DNA of 55,110 nt from contig CAIUQQ010000330.1 of NCBI GenBank assembly GCA_903901345.1, positions 1 through 55,110 of the forward strand. The letters are read 5' to 3'. The notes under the pieces are model-generated. The model searched no databases. It saw only the letters and a program-made list of their open reading frames with translations, and was not told the DNA's origin. Origin of the DNA: an uncultured Bacteroidota bacterium (lineage in GTDB: Bacteria; Bacteroidota; Bacteroidia; UKL13-3). Shown piece after piece: positions 20,741 to 31,470 of the stretch (within the stretch, counting starts at the first letter, position 1; each line of letters opens with the position of its first letter). A program made the translations under genes and the position numbers.

Positions 20741-21025
20741 ATGGAAGCAGTAATCCTCACAAAAGACCAGTATCAGGAATTAGTTGTGCGAATGGACGAA
20801 ATTAAGTCCGCACTAACCGAAAAACAGAAAGAACCTAAAGATGTATTTCTTGACAATCAAGATTTCCTTCAACTGATGAACATCAGTAAACGAACCGCAC
20901 AATCTTGGCGTGACGAAGGCATTATTTCATTCTCTCAGGTAGGTTCAAAAATCTACTACCGAATGAGTGATGTGCAAAAGCTATTGGATAGTAATTACAA
21001 CCAAGCATTCAAAAAAAGAAAATGA
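20741..21025 (+). CDS. Helix-turn-helix excisionase-like protein (HTH_17/MerR-like)
   Basis: FLDNQDFLQLMNISKRTAQSWRDEG.I.FSQVGSKIYYR..DV. Confidence 0.92.
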   Translation: MEAVILTKDQYQELVVRMDEIKSALTEKQKEPKDVFLDNQDFLQLMNISKRTAQSWRDEGIISFSQVGSKIYYRMSDVQKLLDSNYNQAFKKRK

Positions 21026-21050
21026 GTATTAACCCTGTAAAGTTTAGAAA

Positions 21051-23105
21051 ATGTCCATCACAAAAGAAGCCATTTTGGATAAAATAACAAGCTATGATAT
21101 TTTAAACCATTATTTACAACCATACCACAACACAGGCAGATTAATAAGTGGTAAAAATATTAGCAACCCATTTATAGCACAAAAACAACAATCACCCAGT
21201 TTCAATATTTTTTGTGCATTGCCTCAACATGAGTGGAGATATAAAGATTTTGCCACAGGTGACGAAGGCAGTTGTTTTGATTGTGTAATGAAACTTTTTA
21301 ATGTTTCATTTCCCGAAGCATTGCAAATAATTAACCGTGACCATTGCCTTAACTTGGAAGCTACATTCAAAACAGTTCCACAACCAAAACAAGCACCACC
21401 GGAACAAACAAAGGCAAATTTTTCTGCAAAGAAAAGGCCATTCAGCGATGCTGAATTAACCTTTTGGAATAAGTACAATATTTCCATTGAAACCTTGCAA
21501 CGCTTCAATGTAGCAGCCTTAGAAGAATTTAGCAACATCAGTAAAGAAGGTAAACCATACACAGTTAAGAGCAGTTCCGAAAAATTCATTTTTGCTTATG
21601 ATAACGCCACTTGGTTAAAACTCTACAAACCGTTAGATGAAAAACAATACAAGTTTCAGTATTTAGGTAATAAAGAGCAGGGTTATATTTTTGGATGGAA
21701 GCAACTACCCGACAAAGGCGAAAAGCTATTTATTACAGGTGGTGAAAAAGATGTAATGAGTTTGGCTGCACAAGGTTTCAATGCTATTTCGCTTAACAGC
21801 GAAACCGCAACTTTAGAAAAGGCAATTGCTGATGAATTGAAACTTCGTTTCAATCACATCATTGTACTTTACGATAACGATGCAACAGGCTTGAAACAAT
21901 CAGAACTTTTAGCAATAACACATGGCTTTAATAAAATCACATTACCTACAATTCCGAATAACGGCAAAGACATTTCCGATTACTTCGCCTCAAGAGGCTC
22001 ATTATCGGCTTTTGATGAGTTGCTTTCAGCTTCGCTTCAAGCACCTCCACCCGAAGCACTAAACCCTGATAAGGTTGTGTTTAATGCAGTAGAATTAATG
22101 GCAATGGGAAACTTAGAACCTCAATACCTCATGTCTCCAATTTTGCCACAAAAAGGCACAGCAGTTTTAGCAGGGAAACCCGACACAGGTAAAAGCCAAT
22201 TTGCAAGGCAATTGTGTATTCAAGTTGCTTTAGGCTTAAAATCATTCATTGATTTTGACATTAATCCTATTCACAGCCGTTCTATTTATGTGGCTACTGA
22301 AGATAATTTAGAAAACACACGTTACTTAATGAGCAGGCAGATGAATGGCTTAAATCAAGGTCCAAAAGACAACCTGCGGTTCATCTTTGCCGATACTATG
22401 GAGCAAGAAGAAATACTGAAAGAATTGGACAACCAACTAACAATAGCAGCAGCCGATTTAGTGGTGGTAGATAGTTTTGGCGATATTTTCAAAGGAGGCG
22501 ACAGCAATAACAATATGGCAATGAGGAACACAGTAAAGACCTTTGATAAAATTGCCAAAAAACACAACTGCCTTATCTTGTTTGTTCACCACATCAACAA
22601 AGGAGCATACCGCCAAGCACCAGGACAAGAGCATATACAGGGTGGTGCAGGGCTAATGCAAAAGGTAAGATTAGGTATTCAGCTTTCTGAAGGTGACAAC
22701 AATACAAGATATTTCACAGTGGTAAAGGGCAACTATTGCCCAAAAGAATACAAGCAAAATTCTATCGTTTTAGATTTTTCAGAAGAAACATTTTTGTTTT
22801 CAAATACTGGTAAATTAATCCCCACATCAGAATTAGGAACACAGCCCAATGAAGATAAAAAGGAAGAAAAGTACAATGAGTTAGAAAATATTGCTCAGGA
22901 GATATTCGGTAACAAGTTAGTGACATACAGCAATTTTGTGAAGCATTTCTGTGAAATAACAGGCAAAAGCATCCCAACTGCAAAAAGAGCACACACAAAC
23001 CTTAAAAAGTTAGAAATTATTGTTGAAGCAAACGGCAGCTACAGATTAGTAAACCCAAGCAGCGACACATTCTCAGAAGATGAAGAAGATGAAAATTCAT
23101 TTTAG
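21051..23105 (+). CDS. TOPRIM primase fused to a RecA-like (AAA_25-type) helicase
   Basis: YKDFATG N-terminus; ITGGEKD and LYDNDATG...KDISDY TOPRIM motifs; Walker A AGKPDTGKS, Walker B LVVVDS, FVHHINK. Confidence 0.9.
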   Translation: MSITKEAILDKITSYDILNHYLQPYHNTGRLISGKNISNPFIAQKQQSPSFNIFCALPQHEWRYKDFATGDEGSCFDCVMKLFNVSFPEALQIINRDHCLNLEATFKTVPQPKQAPPEQTKANFSAKKRPFSDAELTFWNKYNISIETLQRFNVAALEEFSNISKEGKPYTVKSSSEKFIFAYDNATWLKLYKPLDEKQYKFQYLGNKEQGYIFGWKQLPDKGEKLFITGGEKDVMSLAAQGFNAISLNSETATLEKAIADELKLRFNHIIVLYDNDATGLKQSELLAITHGFNKITLPTIPNNGKDISDYFASRGSLSAFDELLSASLQAPPPEALNPDKVVFNAVELMAMGNLEPQYLMSPILPQKGTAVLAGKPDTGKSQFARQLCIQVALGLKSFIDFDINPIHSRSIYVATEDNLENTRYLMSRQMNGLNQGPKDNLRFIFADTMEQEEILKELDNQLTIAAADLVVVDSFGDIFKGGDSNNNMAMRNTVKTFDKIAKKHNCLILFVHHINKGAYRQAPGQEHIQGGAGLMQKVRLGIQLSEGDNNTRYFTVVKGNYCPKEYKQNSIVLDFSEETFLFSNTGKLIPTSELGTQPNEDKKEEKYNELENIAQEIFGNKLVTYSNFVKHFCEITGKSIPTAKRAHTNLKKLEIIVEANGSYRLVNPSSDTFSEDEEDENSF

Positions 23106-23162
23106 TATCAGGTATCATCGGTATCATTTGGCTTAGGGTTTTGAGACTATGATACTTGATAC
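23105..23162. repeat. Iteron-like hexamers, candidate replication origin
   Basis: GTATCA x3 (23105, 23112, 23121) facing TGATAC x2 (23150, 23157) directly after the primase-helicase stop. Confidence 0.55.
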
Positions 23163-23207
23163 CAGAACAAAATTTGTACCTTTGCCATAAATATTTTAAA
23201 AGAAAGA

Positions 23208-23573
23208 ATGTTTAAAAGTGCTCTGCCAGCTAACTGCCCTCCATCAGAAGTAGAAGAACAAGAAAAGGTTCTCTACAGATTGGTTGTGCTTGGTGACCCG
23301 GTAGAAAGTTTTAAAAATCATGTAGAATTATTCCCTGAGAATAAAGATTATCTAAAACAATGCAGGACACATGGTATTTCATTTTTTGATAACCTAAAGC
23401 CATTTGAGGACCTGCTTTCAAAAGAAAATAACACAGGAAAGGCAATTGCAAAAGTTGAAATCAAAAAAAACCACGGAGTATTAACAAAAAAACGTTCTCC
23501 TAAAGGGCATTACACTTTATGGGCTTATGACCATTTCGACCCTGCAACAGTAAATATGGAAATAGTAAAATAA
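23208..23573 (+). CDS. Small hypothetical protein, possible ADP-ribosyltransferase-like fold
   Basis: LPANCPP, LYR, C..HGISFF, GHYTLW; -7 element TACCTTTG at 23177-23184. Confidence 0.6.
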   Translation: MFKSALPANCPPSEVEEQEKVLYRLVVLGDPVESFKNHVELFPENKDYLKQCRTHGISFFDNLKPFEDLLSKENNTGKAIAKVEIKKNHGVLTKKRSPKGHYTLWAYDHFDPATVNMEIVK

Positions 23574-24775
23574 TGATTGACTTTAAGCAATATACAACCA
23601 ATGTACCGTCTTCCCTTTTAAATGGGCTTAGACCGTATTTGCTTATAGAGTTTTATGATTACCCATATTTAACTGTTGATACTAACAATACAGGAACACT
23701 TTATTTAAACTATTATTTGTCGGGCAAAGGCGAAGTTTTCAATCATTTATTAATTGAAATAAGTGCTGAAAGATTGAAAATGCTACTTGCGGGAGATTAC
23801 TCACTTAAACAAGTGTTTGATAGTCCCGAAACGGATGTAATATACCATGCTCAGTTCAATAGGGCTGGTTTAATAGTTGAGTTAGGAATAGTTGAGCTTT
23901 CATTATTTAATGAACTTAATCCTATCCTTGCTGACCATGAAATTGATTATGAATATCAGCCTGAAACTGAAACTGTTGATTTGCAATTAAAATCTGTTCA
24001 AAGGGGGCGGATTTTAGTAGATGTTTATTTACAGGCAAACTCTCTTAAATCTAGTTTAAAATATTGGGCAATTAAAAGTTTTCTTATTCCATTTTCGGAA
24101 TTAGTAAGGACATCACTATTAGATAATTCTTCTCAATACACCAGCCATAATTTAGATAAAAATATAAACTTTGGCATTAATAAATTAGCAATAAATTCAC
24201 TTGCTACAACACTTGAATTAAATTACAATTCTGACCTTTTTGGTAAGTCAAATGAATTAGAAAATATTACTAATCTCTTTTTAGTACTTAATGCAAAAGA
24301 TGAAGAAACATTGATAAAAAGCTTTGATAATTTTTCTCATAAAAAAATAATATCTGAGTACATTAAAGTACTGAATGTTATTATTAAAAATGATGCAACA
24401 CTAAACACAAAAATAGCAGCACCAAACAATTATTTTTCAGAGACATTTATTTCAAAAAAAGAGGCACAGGCGTTAAAAAAAATAATCAACGAAAAGATAC
24501 CAAACGTTGAGGACACAGAAGAAATACAAGGTTATTTGCTTGAATTGAGTTTTGATAAAAGCAGTCCAACTTTTTCAATGTCAGCTTCATTAGAAGATTT
24601 AAAATACAAAGGTCATATTGACGAAACACTTATTAAGCGAATAAATCAAATTGAATTTACCTTCCTTACTAAGGAGTATAATTTCACCATTCATACATTG
24701 TATGTGCCGGAAACTTCTAAATCACCGGAAAAGATTACACGAACGCTAATTGATATTACTGAAATAGCAGAATAA
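23573..24775 (+). CDS. Hypothetical protein (N-terminal EFYDxP motif, DUF6575-like from recollection)
   Basis: 400-aa ORF coupled to the upstream gene by a TAATG overlap. Confidence 0.6.
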   Translation: MIDFKQYTTNVPSSLLNGLRPYLLIEFYDYPYLTVDTNNTGTLYLNYYLSGKGEVFNHLLIEISAERLKMLLAGDYSLKQVFDSPETDVIYHAQFNRAGLIVELGIVELSLFNELNPILADHEIDYEYQPETETVDLQLKSVQRGRILVDVYLQANSLKSSLKYWAIKSFLIPFSELVRTSLLDNSSQYTSHNLDKNINFGINKLAINSLATTLELNYNSDLFGKSNELENITNLFLVLNAKDEETLIKSFDNFSHKKIISEYIKVLNVIIKNDATLNTKIAAPNNYFSETFISKKEAQALKKIINEKIPNVEDTEEIQGYLLELSFDKSSPTFSMSASLEDLKYKGHIDETLIKRINQIEFTFLTKEYNFTIHTLYVPETSKSPEKITRTLIDITEIAE

Positions 24776-24850
24776 CAATTTCCCCTTTATCAAATTGCAC
24801 TTTTTTGCTTTTATTTGACTACTTTTGACAAGTCAAAATTAGTTGAATAC

Positions 24851-25135
24851 ATGAGCTTTGGTGAAACCATACGTAAACAAAGAGAGAGCAAGAAATTACT
24901 ACTTCGGCAAGCTGCTGCCTTTCTTGAAGTAGATACCGCCTTTGTAAGTAAACTCGAAAGAGGTGAACGCAATGCAAGCCGTGAACAGGTAATTAAATTA
25001 GCAGAGTTTCTTGATACACCTGCTGAACCTCTCATTACTATTTGGCTTGCAGATAAAATATCAGATACTATAAACGACAGCAAGGAGGGTGAAGAAGCCT
25101 TGAAACTTGTACTTAAAACCTATAAGAAAAAATGA
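24851..25135 (+). CDS. XRE-family HTH transcriptional regulator
   Basis: MSFGETIRKQRE.K.LLLRQAAAFLEVDTAFVSKLERGER; ATGA overlap with the next gene. Confidence 0.9.
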   Translation: MSFGETIRKQRESKKLLLRQAAAFLEVDTAFVSKLERGERNASREQVIKLAEFLDTPAEPLITIWLADKISDTINDSKEGEEALKLVLKTYKKK

Positions 25136-28056
25136 GCTTAACCCCATACCACGCCAAATATTTTGCTTATGAATTAACCAAACGCTATGCTGCAAACAGT
25201 TTGCAGAAGTTCACCGCTTCGCTTGCCGATGCACAGGTTGATTTAAACCCCCATCAGGTAGATGCTGCATTGTTTGCTTTTCATTCGCCATTGTCAAAAG
25301 GGGCATTATTGGCAGATGAAGTAGGATTGGGTAAAACCATTGAAGCAGGAATTGTTATTTCTCAAAAATGGGCTGAACGCAAACGCAAAATTTTAATTAT
25401 AGCACCTGCCAACCTCCGAAAGCAGTGGAACCAGGAAATTGCAGATAAATTCTTTTTACCATCCGTAATTCTCGAAGCAAAGTCATTCAATCAAGAAATT
25501 GCCAAAGCCAATTTCAATCCTTTCAATCAAACCGATAACATTGTTATTTGCTCATACCAGTTCATAAAGAGCAAAGCCATTTATGTTACAAAAGTAGATT
25601 GGGACTTAGTGGTAATTGATGAAGCACACCGTTTGCGGAATGTTTACAAAACCACCAATAAAATTGCTAAAGCAATTAAAGAAGCTGTTGCCCATGCTCC
25701 AAAGATTTTGCTAACGGCTACGCCATTGCAAAACTCTTTGTTGGAGTTATACGGCTTAGTGAGCATCATTGATGAATATGCTTTTGGAGATTTAAAAAGT
25801 TTCAAAACACAATACACCAGAATTACAGAAAATACCAGCTTTGACGACCTCAAACGCAGGTTAGAACCTATTTGCAAAAGAACATTAAGAAGACAAGTTT
25901 TAGAATACATCAACTACACAAATAGATCCTGCATATTGCAGGAATTTACCCCTCGTGATGACGAAAAGCAGTTGTATGATTTAGTTTCCGATTACTTACA
26001 AAGACCCAATTTGTATGCCTTACCTCCCGGACAGCGTACTTTAATGACTTTGATACTTCGCAAGTTGTTGGCTTCATCTACTTATGCTATTTCAGGCACA
26101 TTGCAAGGCTTGGCAGATAAATTGGAAGCAACCATTGAACGACAAAGCGGACTGCCTGTAAACGTAGATGAAATATTTACCACCAATTACGAAACTTTTG
26201 AAGAACAACAAGACGAGTGGCTTGATGATGATGAAGATAGTGACAGCACAAACGGTAAGGAAGAAAAGGTTTACACACCAGATGAAATAGCTGAAATACG
26301 CCAAGAAATTGATGCTTTAAATGAGTTTAAAAAATTAGCCCAATCCATCAAGGTAAATTCAAAAGGAGAAGTTTTATTTACGGCATTAACCAAAGGTTTT
26401 GAAAAGCTACAAGAACTTGGTGCAAACAAAAAAGCCATCATTTTTACAGAGAGTACCCGAACACAGGAATACCTTAAAAACATTTTAGAAGCAAGAGGTT
26501 ACAAAGATGAAATTGTGTTGTTCAATGGAAGCAACAACGACCCCAAAAGCGGACAAATTTATACAGCTTGGCTTAAAACACACGAAGGCACAGATAGAAT
26601 TACAGGTTCAAGAACGGCTGATAAAAGGGCTGCATTAGTTGATTACTTCCGTGATACTGCAACCATTATGATTGCCACCGAAGCAGCAGCAGAAGGCATC
26701 AATTTACAGTTCTGTTCATTGGTAGTAAACTATGACTTGCCCTGGAACCCACAACGTATTGAACAGCGAATTGGCCGTTGCCATCGTTATGGACAAAAGT
26801 TTGATGTGGTAGTAGTCAATTTCCTAAACAATACCAATGCAGCCGACCAAAGAGTGTATCAATTGTTAGATGAAAAATTCCAATTGTTTAATGGTGTATT
26901 TGGTGCAAGTGATGAAGTATTAGGAGCAATTGAAAGCGGTGTTGATTTTGAAAAACGAATTGTAAAAATCTACCAAACTTGCAGAACAACCGAAGCCATC
27001 CAGTTAGCTTTTGACTTTTTACAGAAGGAAATGGAACCCGAAATTGAACAGGGCATTGACCTTACACGTAAAAAACTATTGGAAAACTTTGATGAAGAAG
27101 TACACGAAAAACTGAAAATCAATTTACAACAAAGCACCGATTACCTTACCAAATTTGAGAATTGGTTGTGGCAGCTTACCAAATATTTTTTAGAACCTTA
27201 TGCCACATTCAACCATTCCGAAAACAGCTTCTTCCTCAATAAAAATCCATTTGCAGGTGAGGCAATTCATAAAGGACCATACAGAGTAGGCAAAAAGCAT
27301 ATTGGTGAAGCACACGAAACCGTTGAAGTAAATCAAAACGAAAACCTTTACCGTATTGGGCATCCATTGGCACAAAAGGTAATTAGCAATTGTAAAGAAG
27401 AAAAATTAGATATACAGGAATTGCAGTTTGATTATTCCATCAGCGATAAAAAAATATTCATTCTCGAAAACTTGGTAGGTAAGCAAGGTTGGTTACAAGC
27501 CAAAGAAATTACTATCTCCAGTTTTGAAAACGAAGACCATATTTTGTTTGCCGCTTTTGATGATGAAGGTAATACTCTTGAACCCGACCAATGCCAACGG
27601 TTGTTTTCACTTCCTGCTAAAGCAGTAAAGACAACGCTTTCATTCAGCGATGCTGAAAAGACAAAGTGTAAAGAAATATACCACACACATCAATTGGGTA
27701 TCATTGAAGAAAACCGCAAACGCAACCACAACTTTTTTGATGAAGAAGTAGATAAGTTAGAAAAGTGGAGTGAAGATGTACGTAACAGCATCAAGTATGA
27801 AATAAAGGAATTGGATAAGGAAATTAAAACTAAAAAAACAGAAGCCCGAAAGTTGCTCAACTTAGAGCAGAAAGTAAAGGAACAACGGATTATAAAAGAC
27901 TTGGAAAAGAAATTAGCAGAAAAGCGATACAACCAATATCAGAACGAAGATGATATTGAAAACCGAAAAGATAAATTGTTGGATGAAGTAGAACAGCGAT
28001 TGAAACAACAAACAACAGAATTGGATTTATTCACCATAAGATTTAAAGTAATTTAA
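25132..28056 (+). CDS. SNF2-family helicase/ATPase associated with type III RM
   Basis: LLADEVGLGKT, IDEAH, LTATPLQN, EGINLQ, YDLPWNPQRIEQRIGRCHRYGQ; C-terminal coiled coil. Confidence 0.93.
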   Translation: MSLTPYHAKYFAYELTKRYAANSLQKFTASLADAQVDLNPHQVDAALFAFHSPLSKGALLADEVGLGKTIEAGIVISQKWAERKRKILIIAPANLRKQWNQEIADKFFLPSVILEAKSFNQEIAKANFNPFNQTDNIVICSYQFIKSKAIYVTKVDWDLVVIDEAHRLRNVYKTTNKIAKAIKEAVAHAPKILLTATPLQNSLLELYGLVSIIDEYAFGDLKSFKTQYTRITENTSFDDLKRRLEPICKRTLRRQVLEYINYTNRSCILQEFTPRDDEKQLYDLVSDYLQRPNLYALPPGQRTLMTLILRKLLASSTYAISGTLQGLADKLEATIERQSGLPVNVDEIFTTNYETFEEQQDEWLDDDEDSDSTNGKEEKVYTPDEIAEIRQEIDALNEFKKLAQSIKVNSKGEVLFTALTKGFEKLQELGANKKAIIFTESTRTQEYLKNILEARGYKDEIVLFNGSNNDPKSGQIYTAWLKTHEGTDRITGSRTADKRAALVDYFRDTATIMIATEAAAEGINLQFCSLVVNYDLPWNPQRIEQRIGRCHRYGQKFDVVVVNFLNNTNAADQRVYQLLDEKFQLFNGVFGASDEVLGAIESGVDFEKRIVKIYQTCRTTEAIQLAFDFLQKEMEPEIEQGIDLTRKKLLENFDEEVHEKLKINLQQSTDYLTKFENWLWQLTKYFLEPYATFNHSENSFFLNKNPFAGEAIHKGPYRVGKKHIGEAHETVEVNQNENLYRIGHPLAQKVISNCKEEKLDIQELQFDYSISDKKIFILENLVGKQGWLQAKEITISSFENEDHILFAAFDDEGNTLEPDQCQRLFSLPAKAVKTTLSFSDAEKTKCKEIYHTHQLGIIEENRKRNHNFFDEEVDKLEKWSEDVRNSIKYEIKELDKEIKTKKTEARKLLNLEQKVKEQRIIKDLEKKLAEKRYNQYQNEDDIENRKDKLLDEVEQRLKQQTTELDLFTIRFKVI

Positions 28057-28058
28057 CT

Positions 28059-29750
28059 ATGGAAAACGAAGAATTAATTTTATTGGTTGACGAGTTAAGG
28101 GCTTTACCTAAAGAGAATGAATGGGTTGAGTTTAAATCAGGCAACGCTACTACCAATGAAAAGTTTGGCAAGTATATTTCCGCCATTTCTAATGCTGCTT
28201 GCATAAATAATCAAGCGTTTGGGTATTTAATTTTTGGTATTAACGATACTACACATCAAATAGAAGGAACTAATTTTAAGTTTAAAAATAGAAAGGAAGG
28301 AAATGGCGAGTTAGAACTATGGGTAAGACGATTACTACACCCTTCCGTTAAGTTTCAGTTTTTCCCTTGTCAGTATGGTAAATTCTATCTCGAAATTTTT
28401 AAAATACCTGCTGCGAATGGTGAGCCTACTCATTTTGAAAAAATACCCTACATAAGGTTTGATAGCAGCCTAACAGACCTTAGAAACTTTCCTCATTTCA
28501 TAAAGGCTATATACAATTCACAAGAAGATTGGTCGGCAGCTATAATAGAAAAAGCAACCATAAATAATTTAGATGAAAATGCTATAAACGAAGCCCGTTT
28601 AAAGTTTAAGGAAAAAATGTCAGGCAAAGCTATTTACAACGAAATTGATAAGTGGAACAATGAAACTTTTTTAGATAAGGCCAAAATTACCATTGAAGGT
28701 AAAATAACCAATACAGCTATTTTATTGCTTGGCAAGACGGAAGCTGCTCATTTCATTTCTCCCTCTGTAGGTCAGATTACTTGGAAATTAGACACGGATG
28801 AAAAGGCGTATGAACATTTTGAAATTCCACTTTTCTCCACCGTAAATGATGTGTTGAACAGGATTAGAAATGTTAAGTACAAATTCTTTCCGAACAACCA
28901 ATTAATTGCCATTGAGGTTTTAAAGTACGACCCCGAAGTTATTTTGGAAGCCTTAAATAATTGCATTGCACACCAAGATTATAGTGCCCACTCTCGTATT
29001 GTGCTTACCGAACAAACAGGTAAGCTTATCTTTAGTAACGCAGGTAATTTTTTTGAAGGTAAAGCCGATGATTACAGCTTAGGAGATAAAACCCCAAAGA
29101 AATATAGAAATAAATGGTTGGCAGATGCTATGGTAAATTTGAATATGATTGACAGCCTTGGTTTTGGTATTCATAAAATGTTCAAAAGCCAAAGGCAACG
29201 TTTTTTTCCATTGCCCGATTATGCTAAATCAAAAAGAAACGAAGTGGTGCTGGAAATATATGGACATAGTATAGATGAAAACTATTCTAAATTACTCATT
29301 GAACGAAAGGATGATTTAACCTTAACGGAAGTGGTGCTTTTAGATAAAGTGCAAAAAGCACAACCAATAACCGAAGATGCAGCAAAATTATTAAAACGAA
29401 AAGGTTTTATTGAAGGTAGAAAACCTGACTATTTCATTTCGGCTCAAATAGCTGAGGCAACTAACCAGAAAGCCGAATACATAAAAAATAGAGGTTTAAA
29501 GGATGACCATTATAAAAAATTGGTCATTGATCTTATTGGCAAATATGGTAAGGCTACTAAAGAGGATATTGACCGTTTACTTTTAGACATTCTTCCTGCG
29601 GTTTTAGATGAACAGAAGAAGAAAAACAAAGTTCGCAACTTGGTGTATGCCATGCATAAAAAAGACCAAACTATTGAAAATCAAGGAACTACAAGAAATC
29701 CTCTTTGGATTTTGAGTTCATCTAAAACCAATGATAAACACCATAATTAG
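28059..29750 (+). CDS. AlbA_2 (Schlafen-like) + HATPase-like putative transcriptional regulator
   Basis: ENEWVEFK, ISAISN...GYLIFGIND, EALNNCIAHQDY, RNKWLA...MIDSLGFGI. Confidence 0.85.
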   Translation: MENEELILLVDELRALPKENEWVEFKSGNATTNEKFGKYISAISNAACINNQAFGYLIFGINDTTHQIEGTNFKFKNRKEGNGELELWVRRLLHPSVKFQFFPCQYGKFYLEIFKIPAANGEPTHFEKIPYIRFDSSLTDLRNFPHFIKAIYNSQEDWSAAIIEKATINNLDENAINEARLKFKEKMSGKAIYNEIDKWNNETFLDKAKITIEGKITNTAILLLGKTEAAHFISPSVGQITWKLDTDEKAYEHFEIPLFSTVNDVLNRIRNVKYKFFPNNQLIAIEVLKYDPEVILEALNNCIAHQDYSAHSRIVLTEQTGKLIFSNAGNFFEGKADDYSLGDKTPKKYRNKWLADAMVNLNMIDSLGFGIHKMFKSQRQRFFPLPDYAKSKRNEVVLEIYGHSIDENYSKLLIERKDDLTLTEVVLLDKVQKAQPITEDAAKLLKRKGFIEGRKPDYFISAQIAEATNQKAEYIKNRGLKDDHYKKLVIDLIGKYGKATKEDIDRLLLDILPAVLDEQKKKNKVRNLVYAMHKKDQTIENQGTTRNPLWILSSSKTNDKHHN

Positions 29751-29791
29751 ACAAACTTTTAGATAAAGTTTAGATAAACAAAGCATTCGAC

Positions 29792-31450
29792 ATGAGCAAA
29801 AAAATACTACAAAAATTAGAACTCACATGGATAGGCAAGGGCAACGAACCCAAGCTGGAACCACGTATATTAATAGAAGACCCAAACAAAAGTTTTGGCG
29901 ACCCCAAAAGCGAAAACATGCTGATACATGGCGATAACCTTTTGGCATTAAAAGCACTGGAAGAAAATTATTCAGGTGCAGTTAAGTGTATTTATATTGA
30001 TCCTCCATACAATACTGGGCAAGCCTTTAAGCACTATGATGACGGTTTAGAACATTCATTGTGGTTGAATTTAATGTATCAGCGTATAAATATTCTGTAT
30101 AAATTATTAAAAAAAGATGGAGTTCTTTTTATCAACTTGGATGAGATGGAACATGCTTATTGTAAAGTTGTTTGTGATGAAATATTTGGCAGGCAAAATT
30201 ATATTGGAGATTTAATTTGGCAGAAAAGAAAAGGAGGCGGAAATGATTCAAGGTATTTTGCAATTGATCATGATTATATACTTGTTTATGCAAAATCTAA
30301 AGATAAGTTGGTACACAAAGTAAAATGGAGAGTTTCTCAGAATGAGGAGTACTTGAAACGATATAAAGAAATTGATGACAATGGAGATAGATATTATTGG
30401 GATACAATAGCGAGAGATGGGTTACAGAATCCAATTCCAGTAAGTGTAGTTTGTCCAGATGGATTTATATTGACTATAAATTCACAAAAAGCTCAAGATA
30501 CAATCGAAAAAGGGTTAAAGGATGGCACTATTAGATTAATTAAAGGTAGAAATGGATGGACTCTCCATCATAGAGTTTATATGCCCGAGGGCCAAGTTTT
30601 AAGGTCAATTCTTACCGAAATAGGCACTAATAAAACCGCAGGTGATGAAATTAAAGAATTATTTGGTTCCGATAATACATTCGATTATCCGAAACCTGAA
30701 AGTTTGATTAGCAAAATCCTAGAGTTGACAACAAAAAAAGGTGATTTAGTAATAGATTCATTTCTTGGATCTGGAACTACTGCTGCAGTTGCACACAAAA
30801 TGAAACGTAAATGGATAGGAATTGAATTAGGAGAACATGCAACAACCCACTGCTTACCAAGAATGCAACAAGTTGTTTCAGGTAAAGACAAAGGCGGTAT
30901 ATCAGAAGCTGTAAATTGGAAAGGCGGTGGTGGTTTTAAATTCTACACCCTTGCTCCATCATTGGTTCAAAAAGACAAATACGGTACTGAAATTATCAAC
31001 CCACAATACAATGCCAACATGTTAGCAGCAGCAATGGCAAAGCAAGAGGGCTTCCGTTACCTACCCGATGAAAACAACTATTGGAAACAAGGCATGAGCA
31101 GTGAAAAAGATTTCATTTTTACCACTACTCAATTTGTTACAGTTGCCATGTTAGATAAGTTAACCGAAGAACTAAAACCAGGTGAAAGTTTATTGGTATG
31201 CTGCAAAAGCTTTGCAAAAGGTTGTGCCAATCGCCACACCAATATCACCATCAAAAAAATCCCACAAATGCTTTTAGGCCGTTGTGAGTTTGGCAAAGAT
31301 GATTACAGTTTCAATATTGTAAACTTACCCCACAATGATGATACAGATATTGAAATAGAGGATAGCGAAGAAAGTGAAGCACCCAAAACAGAAAAGAAAA
31401 CCAAAGCCAAAAAACAAAAAGACGATGATACACAATCTTCACTTTTTTAA
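29792..31450 (+). CDS. mod: Type III RM DNA methyltransferase (Mod)
   Basis: NMLIHGDNLLAL, IYIDPPYNTG, YPKPE, DSFLGSGTT, WIGIE. Confidence 0.93.
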   Translation: MSKKILQKLELTWIGKGNEPKLEPRILIEDPNKSFGDPKSENMLIHGDNLLALKALEENYSGAVKCIYIDPPYNTGQAFKHYDDGLEHSLWLNLMYQRINILYKLLKKDGVLFINLDEMEHAYCKVVCDEIFGRQNYIGDLIWQKRKGGGNDSRYFAIDHDYILVYAKSKDKLVHKVKWRVSQNEEYLKRYKEIDDNGDRYYWDTIARDGLQNPIPVSVVCPDGFILTINSQKAQDTIEKGLKDGTIRLIKGRNGWTLHHRVYMPEGQVLRSILTEIGTNKTAGDEIKELFGSDNTFDYPKPESLISKILELTTKKGDLVIDSFLGSGTTAAVAHKMKRKWIGIELGEHATTHCLPRMQQVVSGKDKGGISEAVNWKGGGGFKFYTLAPSLVQKDKYGTEIINPQYNANMLAAAMAKQEGFRYLPDENNYWKQGMSSEKDFIFTTTQFVTVAMLDKLTEELKPGESLLVCCKSFAKGCANRHTNITIKKIPQMLLGRCEFGKDDYSFNIVNLPHNDDTDIEIEDSEESEAPKTEKKTKAKKQKDDDTQSSLF

Positions 31451-31470
31451 TCCAATAAGCAGCAAATAAT

